From Heptranchias perlo (lineage: Eukaryota), in the NCBI RefSeq assembly GCF_035084215.1, contig NW_027139442.1, forward strand, positions 1,550,001 to 1,614,000: DNA of 64,000 bases, in the 5' to 3' direction. A model generated the notes under the pieces. That model was not told where the DNA came from. It did no database searches and was given only the letters and a program-made list of their open reading frames with translations. Every line of letters starts with the position of its first letter. The stretch's first letter is position 1. Made by a program: the position numbers and the translations under genes. Shown here piece after piece: positions 53,775 to 64,000 of the stretch.

Positions 53775-53790
53775 GGCTCTTTTCAGAGCC
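53775..53790 (+). terminator. Histone 3' stem-loop
   Basis: GGCTCTTTTCAGAGCCACCCA. Confidence 0.95.
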
Positions 53791-53916
53791 ACCCACGGTA
53801 TCTATGAAAGGGCTGGTCACTGTCTGTGGGCTCAGGAATTAACTTCAAAAGGACTTGATTCCGATTCGAGAAACTAACAATAACTTGTTATGCACAAATC
53901 ATCCATATCGGTCTGT

Positions 53917-53949
53917 TGCAGTAATCGCTTCCGGACCGCAGATGTCGCC
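53917..53949 (+). promoter_or_regulatory. CTCF-like site downstream of H2A
   Basis: TGCAG-TAATCGCTTCCGG-ACCGCAGATGTCGCC. Confidence 0.45.
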
Positions 53950-54341
53950 AACCTCCAATCGATTATAATTTGCAGTTTGTCTGGTGAATGAGACAAAATA
54001 CCAGAACCGTTAGAATTGCCAACTGGGCGGGTGGGATACAGAAATACCAGGGACGCTTAATATTATTTACCGTCCCATCCTCGGACAACACTGGCTCAGT
54101 CTGTGTTATTTTACCCAGATTTGTACAACGGATGCTGACTGATGTGCTGTTATTGTATCAGCGATTACTGAATTAAGAATGTGAGTGAAATTTGTGTTTG
54201 GATGTGAGTGAGGTATTTATTCTGTCCCTGTCCGTCTAATATCTGCTCCCTCCCCTTTATACGTTTCCCATTTAAGCAAATTTCTCACGACCCTGCCATT
54301 TCAACGCAGGAGATCACAGCTCTTTCCATCGCCGATTTGGT

Positions 54342-54357
54342 GGCTCTGAAAAGAGCC
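54342..54357 (-). terminator. Histone 3' stem-loop (H3)
   Basis: Reverse complement GGCTCTTTTCAGAGCC; HDE GAAAGAGCTG. Confidence 0.95.
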
Positions 54358-54390
54358 TTTGTTGAACTTGGTGCTGAAGCCGGGTCGGGT

Positions 54391-54804
<414 letters not shown>

Positions 54805-55655
54805 CTAAACCGATCTCAACACAACACAGAGACTGTGAATACGGAGTGCGCTCTGGGGCCGCCTTTTAAAGCGTCTAAGGGTATCCGCCCCTGGCCTGTG
54901 ATTGGCTGAGGTTTCACCCCCAGACAAGGAGGGACTGCCCCGGGACTGTGATTGGCAGGTTTGATCCGAGATCTTTCAGTCAGACCAAAACGGCGGGAGG
55001 TATTGGGTCCCAATTGGCTGAGCTGAAATTAATCTTCAAATTCAAAAAGCCCGCCAATTTCAGAGCATCAAATAACAGTTTCAAGAAAATTTCATTTCCC
55101 TCCAGCAATTTATGAATCTCTCTCTTTATAATCTCCGTTATTTCCTTCTCCTCAGCTCAAATCGCAGGCTGTTTCTCATTCCGGTTCATTCTCTGATCTG
55201 TCTGTAAACGGGCGGGAATAAATCCCCGGTCATTGCTTTCCGTAACGGGAATTGCTTTCCAGCTTCAATTTCAAAAATCCCGCCAGTTCCGGCCCGGTGA
55301 ACCGCTCCTCAAACAGAAACTTCACATCGAACTGATAATTGAATGAGGGCAGGAAATAAAGACCGAGCAGAGAGGACACAGCGGGAGAGGGAGTGAGGAG
55401 GGATTTTACTCTGAGCGGAGAAGGTAATGTCTGGGGAAAGACTCTGCATCACCGCCTGTTCATTTATACCGTGAAACCGGGAATTCCGCTCCTTCTCTCG
55501 GGATGGCCGAGAACCCCGGCCGTTGTTTCTGATCTCCCTGTACCGAGTGTTGGGGAATCTCCCCATACTAATTAAATATCGGAAACTGATTCCCCACCCC
55601 GAGATCTTTCCTCTCCCCGTTCCCAGGTCAGTGCTCTCTCTTTGAGGCGGTGGGT

Positions 55656-55671
55656 GGCTCTGAGAAGAGCC
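55656..55671 (-). terminator. Histone 3' stem-loop (H4)
   Basis: Reverse complement GGCTCTTCTCAGAGCCACCCA. Confidence 0.95.
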
Positions 55672-55706
55672 TTTGTTTTGTGTCCGGTTAGAAAGGGTCC
55701 AGTTGT

Positions 55707-56027
<321 letters not shown>

Positions 56028-56862
56028 TCAGTCAAATCGCTGCTGAATGAACAGCAAACTGATGTTGGTTCCGTTTTTATGCAGCCTGCCCTGACCTGAC
56101 TGAAACAGACACAGGGTGAGAGAGGGAGGGGAGGAGATAGAGATAAATATTAAACAGGGAGGGGAGGAGACAGAGTGTGATATTAAACAGGGAGGGGAGG
56201 AGACAATCAGAGAGACGGACAGAGCGGAGAGCGGCCTCTGATCTTCCAGCTCCACCTCCAGCTTTCTCCACCCGCCAATTTCAAACCGTTTATCGATAAT
56301 AGAACCGAAACACCGCGCTCCGCACAAACCCTGACAGAGTCGGGCTTCATAGAATCCCGGAGCTTTTCAATAAGCCCCGTTACAATCAATAGTCAGTAAT
56401 ATTCCTGCCTAAATACAGTCCCTTCTATAACAAGTCAACCCGCCTCCTTCCATTTCAGTCCCAGACCCGATTCTATCTCCCCGCACATTCCCTCCCAGAC
56501 GGGTTCAGCAGTTTATAAACACTTTATTCCAGCTGATTTGAAGAATCTCATGTGTTGGGGTTTGAATTGTGATAGCTGCCGATCTCCGCCAGTTTTACCC
56601 TGTTACGGACTGTCGCCCTGAATCTGTGAGAAAAAATGAACTGGGACTGGAGCCGAACACACGCCAGTTCCAGTGAGGCCCGGCCCGGACATCCCATTCT
56701 CTCTATTTTATTAGACATTGGGGGTCGGGCGGGGATAGCGAATGTCAGCGAGTCACCAGGACCCTGGGTTTATTTGAAATGATTTCTATCTGAAATCTGA
56801 GCCCTGCCCCGGGACAGGAATCATCTGATTCCGGGATCAGCTCTTTTCTGAGAGACGTGGGT

Positions 56863-56878
56863 GGCTCTGAGAAGAGCC
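56863..56878 (-). terminator. Histone 3' stem-loop (H1)
   Basis: Reverse complement GGCTCTTCTCAGAGCCACCCA; HDE AAAAGAGCTG. Confidence 0.95.
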
Positions 56879-56914
56879 GTTGGGTTCAGATGGTCACAAG
56901 TTGCACTTGATTTT

Positions 56915-57529
56915 TTACTTCTTTTTGCCCGCTGCTTTCTTAGGCTTTGCTGACTTCGGCTTGGGCTTGGCCCTCGGTTTTTCCACCTTCTTCGCCTTCG
57001 CCTTCACTGGCTTGGGGGTCTTGGGCTTCTTAGCCGCCGCTTTCTTCTTAATTGGTGATTTCGCCGCCTTTTTCGTGGTCGATTTCTTGACCGCTGGTTT
57101 CTTGGCCATTAATTTCTTGAGGGCTGTTTTTTTGGTCGCTGGTTTCTTTCCGGGAGATTTCTTGGTCACTTGTTTCTTCACCTTCTTTCCCACTTTTGCC
57201 TGGGTTTCCTTCTTAGCGACTCTGAAGGAGCCCGAGGCGCCCGTGCCCTTGATCTGCACCAGGGAGCCTTTTTCCACATTTCTCTTGATACTTAATTTGA
57301 TCTGGGACCGGTGCTTCTCCACATCCAGGCCTTTGGCAGCCAGAACCTTCTTTATCGCGGCCAGGGATATCCCCTTGCGATCCTTGCAATCCGCCACAAT
57401 CTTGAGGATCTGTTCGCCCAACGGGGGACCGGTGGTCTTGGGTCGGGGAACCGCCTTCTTCTTCTTCGGAGCCTTGAGTGGAGCGGCGGCGGCACGAGGA
57501 GCCGTTTCGGCGGCTGCAGTGTCTGTCAT
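56915..57529 (-). CDS. H1: Linker histone H1 (204 aa)
   Basis: MTDTAAAETAP...; globular domain GPPLGEQI...RKGISLAAIKK...GSLVQIKGTGASGSF; Lys-rich tail with SPxK motifs. Confidence 0.95.
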   Translation of the reverse strand: MTDTAAAETAPRAAAAPLKAPKKKKAVPRPKTTGPPLGEQILKIVADCKDRKGISLAAIKKVLAAKGLDVEKHRSQIKLSIKRNVEKGSLVQIKGTGASGSFRVAKKETQAKVGKKVKKQVTKKSPGKKPATKKTALKKLMAKKPAVKKSTTKKAAKSPIKKKAAAKKPKTPKPVKAKAKKVEKPRAKPKPKSAKPKKAAGKKK

Positions 57530-57599
57530 GTCCGGGACTCTGTCGAAAATCTCTCTGACAGTCAGAGCTGGGTCAGAAATGAAACGTAAGGCGGCGGCA

Positions 57600-57690
57600 C
57601 AGAGCAACTTAAAGGCACAGAGCGGACGGGGCGGAGACATCCTGCTGTCAGCTCCCGGCCCCTCCAGCCTCTCTGTGTTTCTCTCTCCTC
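57600..57690 (-). promoter_or_regulatory. H1 promoter (H1 box AAACACA, GC box, TATA-like TTTAAG)
   Basis: Reverse strand gagAAACACAgag ~57674-57680; CCGCCCC ~57628; TTTAAG ~57608. Confidence 0.7.
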
Positions 57691-59689
57691 TGAAACTCCC
57701 CGATTCCAATTCAAATCGGGCACTCCAGAGTCCCAGACTAGCCCCTTCCTATATCTCACACCGGTATGTTTGCTGTCGAAAAACTTTCACCGGAATTAAA
57801 AGCACCAGTTTCGAATGAAACCCGTTTCATTGCTGCACTGATCGCGCTCTCTCACCCGATCGCTGACATGATCTCCGTTTTTCACCTGAAATCTTGAATT
57901 GATCTGAAACTTTACCTTAAATTTCCACTTCGGAGCTCGGCAGGGGAGGAGGGCGATCCTTTGACAGGGATTTTTTAAAATTTTACTCAAAAGGGACTCG
58001 GAAATCTGGCGATGAGTCCGGCCACACAAACACAGTGACATTAATCTAACCCATCCGCCCCTTTAACACACTCTCTCTGACACAATGTTCACATCTTCAC
58101 ATTCACAGGACAAACTGTTCGCCAGATTGACAATTCCCGTGACAGGCTTTCCTCCCCGCTCGGCCTGTGCTGCAGATTCTCGGAGGTGAGTTGTCGTTTC
58201 CCAGCTCAGTAACTGTTAAACACTCTGAGGCCAGCGCTCCTCACAGTGTCTGGTCCCCAGATTCAGGGGCAGCAGCCAATCACAGCTGTGGATGTGATTA
58301 TCCATATCTGGTTTTACATGATTATATTATTCACACTCAGCAATATGTTTGGTTGAGACGATAATACAAATTATCCGCTCTGGGCTCCTCCAGTCTCTCT
58401 GTCTTTCTCTCCCTCCTCCGAAACTGACTGACAGACAACAGTGACTGGTGTCCTATCCGTCCCATTCTCAACACCCAGAGACGGCCAGTTACTGAATAAA
58501 TTCAACATTCATAGGCAGTCCTGTGTCAGGCCGTTACATGCTGTTTCTCCCCACCTTTCCTTATTGGACTGGAGACTGATAAATGCACCGTCAGACCGGC
58601 TCATACATAATAGAAGGGACAGTGACCGTCTCACCAACAGCACCGGAGGTCTGTTCACAAACACAGAATCAGTCTTTACCTTCCAACAGGGTGTTCATAT
58701 TAAGCTCAATAACACTATCCCGCTTTCATGTACAGCGCTGGAGGGAGAGAAATACAGACGGACAGATAAAGAGACAAAGTATCATTCTCACACTTCCTCT
58801 CAGTGTGTCCGTTTCACACTCAGCAAACAGTATCCCACCTTCGTGTACAGCGCCAGAGAGATACAGACAGGCAGAGTATCAGCCATACGCTTCCCATCAG
58901 TCTCTCGGTATCACGCTCAGCAGCAGTATTCCACCTTCATATGTTGTACATAAGAGAGAGAGAAACTGTCCCGTTTTCACCCAGTAACAAATTGGAAAAT
59001 TCTCCATTCCAATTGCCATTCCAAGCTGGAGTGACGGAAGATGCAGTCTCATCTCTCACTGATATTATTTCAGAGACAGACACATTATTAATCCCACTCT
59101 CAGGGACAGGGTCACGCATTTAACCCTCTCTTGCATGTTGTACCCTCTGCAATTTTGCAGCTCAGGGCCCTTCTGTATTTCTCTCAGTGACCGAGAGTTT
59201 CACTCCGATTGAAATAAACTGGGACTGTAGCCGTCAAATATTAATCCTACACGGTCCCAGCAAATACACCGACTCCCACTTTCCTCCCATGTTTCTCCAG
59301 GATTGGTTCGAGGAATCCGGCCTCCAGTTACGGAGTCACAAGTTTCTTTATCAGTAAAGGGACCAAGAATGAACAGAACCAATTGGCTCATTTCACAGCC
59401 GCCCACTTTATCTCTGAAAGACTCTTTTCCATCAAAAGATACCGAGAGAAACAGCAGGGATGGAAACATCTAGTTTAATAGTTAGAGATTGTAAAGTAAG
59501 TCTGGATTCCAGCGTTAGGCACTGGTGGAATCCCATCTGTTTTCCATTCTGGTGCCTGTTCCTGCACTGCCTGTGGACCCCATTCCCTCTGACCTTTCCC
59601 CCAGACCCACTTCCTTTGCTCAGACTCTGAAAAATTCCAATTGGGGAAAGTTTCCATCGATTTTTGTATTGAGAATTAAACCAGACATC

Positions 59690-60850
59690 TGCGCATGCGC
59701 GACTCAGCCCCGCCCCCAGCGCTGGTTGTTGGTGAGCGGAAGAGCGCATGCGCGCTCCCCTCCCCCAGCTCGGCCTGTGGGCGCCATTCCCTCAGTGAGC
59801 GGAAGAAGATGGTTTGAAACAGCCGGGAATGGAGAGATCACGGCCCCCGGGGGAAGGGAGCAAAGAACAGCCTCGTTACAGCAGCTCATCGCTTCGGGAC
59901 CGTGTCCGCAGATGGGCTCAGAGATCGGCATTGAGTCCGGGGGAAGGGCAGGGGGAGTCCGGGGGCTGTTTGTAAGAGGCGGAGTGGATCACGAACTGGT
60001 CACGGAACATGGAGTGAGCGGGGGAAGGGAGAGGTCATTCTCGGGCTGTGTCCAGGGTCAGGGGAGAGAATGGGAAGAACCTGCTATTTAAAATCATTGC
60101 TGCTTTCTCTCCCCAAACCAGTAGTGAATGTTCCTGGTTTAGTTCCAGTCTCACCCTGTTTATTGTTATTGGACAGTGACGGGTGGAAACAGAGCCGGAC
60201 AGTAAGGATGTGGGGAGTTATACAAAGAGCATCTGTTGCAGGCACCAGGTGAGAAGTGTGAAGGACACATTTTAAACAGCGGTTGTTTGATTTCGGTTGA
60301 ACGGTTCGTCCCATGGGAGATGGGATTAGAAACCTGACGTGTTCAAAGGTCCCCGCCCCATCGGGTCGTCCCATTCATGGATCAGTGCAGAGGTTGGGTT
60401 GTGTCTGGATGTCACTAAATCGTTGTAAAATTGCCCAACACATCTTGTGTGCAGAAGCTGAGTGCTGCAGTACTGCAGTGGAGTCAGACACTGACACTGT
60501 TTGTATCACTGGTTCTCATTTGTGGATATTCAAAATAATCATTGACATGGATATTAATTCGAACACTTTTGTATTTTCTACCTCACTGGTTCTTGAGTTA
60601 CAAGAGATAAATTTCTTCCTGCAGGCAAATCCTTGATGGATCCAGAATCAGTGTTATGTTTCCTCCACTTGAGGCACAAGGAACAGTGCAGCCAACTCCT
60701 TCTCCCACACAGTAAGTACATTATCACACACAGCGCACAGAGACACAGACAGGTCATCAGTTCCACAGTCTCAGACAGTCGAAGCAGTCAGTCCCACACT
60801 GATCCCAAGTTCCACAGACACATTTTCAATCTAACAGTCAAACAGAGCAG
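59690..60850 (+). ncRNA. Putative spliced non-coding/short-ORF transcription unit, copy C (divergent from H1)
   Basis: GCGCATGCGC 59691 and 59744; CGGAAG x2; AAGATGG 59806; donors after 60013, 60248, 60711, 60850; acceptors ending 60121 and 60624. Confidence 0.42.
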
Positions 60851-61549
60851 GTGAGGCAGACACTGTTCCATTTCCCCCGAGCTGAGTCCCGCTGACAGGT
60901 AGATACAAAAATCCCAGTCCAAGATCACACTATCAGATGGAAAGGCACTGTATCAATCTCACAATAGGGCAACATTAGCTACGAATTAAATACCAGATCG
61001 AAATCACACATGGCACCCGATTTAAAGGTGCAGAATGAATCCCAATAATGTACCCTGAGATTCCAATTGATTACTCGCCCAGAACTCTCACACACATGTG
61101 AGTTTATACACTATGCGAATGGATATTGCATGTATCATGTGATACAAATTGCATACGAGTCCAAAACTCATGTACAGTATCAGATTAAAAATGCTGTGAG
61201 AGTGTAATCTGAGAAACAAATTAGATATCAGTTTATAATGGACTCATATTGTGAGATGTAAAGATACAGTATCAATTCTATTAGTACAGACTGAGCTATA
61301 CATTATACGCCATTTGAAAAGTGTCACCATATCAATTTGAAAGATACATTATCTTTCACAATAGTACTCACAGAGATACAGATTTAATAGTAGTTCAAAA
61401 AGCACACAAATTATCTGATTAAAACCTACAGTGTCAAATCCTAAAGTGTATCCACATTTACCAATTAAATAATGAGAAATATGATCTAAACATGAAGATA
61501 TTAAAGCTAAATTTTTTTATGCCATAATGCAATCTGAGAGAATAATTAC

Positions 61550-64000
61550 ATACAGATACAGAATGAATCTCACACTCAGATATAGTACCAGAGACTGACA
61601 GATGCAGAAGGAATCCCAAACTCACATACAATAATAGACTGACAGACACAGAGCGAATCCTACACTCACATATGGTACCAGAGATGACAGATATAGAATG
61701 AATCCCACACTGGCATACAGTACCAAGGGCTGATAGATATCTAGTTAATTACTCACTCTCATAAAGTACTAGAGACTGACAGAAAGATAATGACTCCCAC
61801 ATTCACACAGTACCAGAGCCTGAGAGATACAGAATGAATCATACACTCACACACAGTACCAGAGACTGACAGATAGAGAATGCATCCCAAACCAACATGC
61901 AGTCTGAGAGGCTGCATATACAGAAAGAATTCAACACCCACATACAAGACTGGAGACTGAAAGAGACAGAATAAATCCCACACTCACAGTATCAGAGACT
62001 GCATATATAGATTAAATCACAAACTCACACACACTACTGACAAGATACAGAATGAATCCCACACTGACAAACTGTTCCAGATACTGAGAGATACAAAATG
62101 AATCACACATTAGTGCAGGCTGAGTAACATTATTTACCAGTCCAAGAAGTATCAGATTGAAAGATACAGTATCAATTCCATTAGTGCAGACTGATCTACA
62201 CATTATATACCACTAAAAAAACTGATGCAGATTCAGACTGAAATATACAGTATTCCATTCATGCAGACTGAGCTACACATCATATACAAGTTCAAAAATG
62301 TCACCATATCAGTTTGGAAGATGAACTAATTCACAATTGTGTTCCCATCGATACCGATTTAATAGTAGTCCAAAAAGTGCCCACATTCTCTGACTATATT
62401 CTAAAGCATTTCATTATCAACCAATTAAACACTGGGAAAAATATGCATTAATTGAGCTATTAAAGATAAAGTTTTGAACACCATACTGTAAACGGAGATA
62501 CAAATTACATACAGATAAGGAATGAATCTCACACTCAGATAGAGGGCCAGAGAGTGACACACAGAATGAAACCAGCACTCACACAATGTAACAGAGACTG
62601 ACAGATACCGAATGAATCCTACATTCACACACAGTAAAAGGGACTGACAGATATAGAATGAATCACACACACCCACAGTACCAGAGCCTGACAGATACAG
62701 AATGAATCCCACACGCACAGACAGTACTAGGGACTGTCAGATACAGAATGAATCCCACACTCACAGACAGTACTAGGGACTGACAGATATAGAATGAATC
62801 CCACACTCACAGACAGTACTAGGGACTGACAGATACAGAATGAATCTCACAGTCACACACATTAATGCAGTCTGAGTTACACATTACACATCAGTCCAAA
62901 AATCTCATAGTGTCAGATTGAAAGATACAGTATCAATTCCATTAGTGCAGACTGATCTACATATTATAAAGCACTACAAAAAACTGATAAAGATTCAGAC
63001 TGAAATATACAGTATACCTTTCAAGCAGACTGAGCTACACATCATATACAAGTTCAAAAATGTCACCATATCATTTTGGAAGATAAACTAATTCACAATT
63101 TTTTTCCCATCGATACAGATTTAATAGAAGTCCAAAAAGTGCCCACATTCTCTGATTATAACCGAAAACATTATATTTTAAAATGTATCATTATCTACCA
63201 ATTAAACACTGGGAAAAATTATTGATACATTGAGGTATTAATGAGAGAGTTTTGAACACCATACTGTAAACAGAGACACAAATTACATACAGATAAAGAA
63301 TGAATCTCACACTCAGATAGAGGGCCAGAGACTGACATGCAAATTGAAAACAGCACTCAAACAATGTAACAGTGACTGACAGATACAGAATGAATCCGAC
63401 ACTCACACACATTACAAGGGACTGACAGATACAGAATGAATCCTACACTCACACTCATTACAAGGGACTGACAGATACAGAATGAATCCCACACTCACAC
63501 ACATTACAAGGGACTGACAGACATAGAATGAATCACACACTCCCACGGTACCAGAGACTGACAGATACAGAATGAATCCTAAACTCACACACTGTAGCAC
63601 AGACTAACAGAGACAAAATTTATATCACTCACAAACAGTACCAGAAATTGATAGATGCAGAATGAAAGTCTCCCTCACATATAGCACCTGACACTGACGG
63701 AAACAGACTGAAACGCTCATTCACACAAAATACCAGGGACTAACAGATATTGAATGAATCCCATACTCACACACAGTACCAGAGACTGACAGATACAGAG
63801 TTAATTCCACACTTATACACAGTACCTGAGACTGGCAGATACAGAATTAATCCCACTCTCGTATACAGTGCCACAGACTTGCAGATACAGAATGATCCCA
63901 AACTCATATGTAGTGCCAGAGACTGAGAGATACAGAATTAACACCATGCTCACACTCAGTACCAGAGACTGGCAGATACAGAATGAATCCCACACTCACA
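61550..64000 (-). repeat. 46-bp satellite/AT-rich composite (inverted copy of ~12990-16230)
   Basis: Reverse-complement satellite units and shared unique spacers. Confidence 0.85.

Noticed and set aside
56880-57818. 312-aa plus-strand ORF
   Set aside because: Antisense shadow of the H1 gene
60249-60624. Possible intronic snoRNA/miRNA in the repeated unit (palindrome CTGCAGTACTGCAG ~60465)
   Set aside because: No convincing C/D or H/ACA boxes or long hairpin by eye; an Rfam/Infernal search would be needed

Overview
Eukaryotic DNA from a replication-dependent histone gene cluster, most likely chondrichthyan (shark-like), inferred from the CR1/Tx1 repeat types and the MEKPWKCGDCG-type zinc-finger gene. 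It holds ten histone genes with intact reading frames (3 H2B, 3 H2A, 2 H4, 1 H3, 1 H1), each followed by a 3' stem-loop (two of these are variant). Also present: a frameshifted H2A pseudogene split from its stem-loop by a LINE, a degenerate tRNA-Gly(TCC), a 13-finger C2H2 zinc-finger gene, a full-length but disabled CR1 LINE nested in an older LINE, hAT/Tx1/L2/CR1 fragments and several tandem repeats (about 22, 36, 39, 46, 50 and 82 bp). The window is a mosaic of direct and inverted segmental duplications. Most interesting unexplained signals: (1) a repeated CpG-island unit with NRF1/ETS motifs and GT/AG splice sites conserved across three full and two partial copies; (2) about nine CTCF-like core+upstream motifs that bracket H2B-H2A pairs in divergent orientation; (3) a GGCGGG+TTTSAA element shared by H2A, H3 and H4 promoters. 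All motif, splice and repeat-boundary calls were made by eye and are unvalidated.
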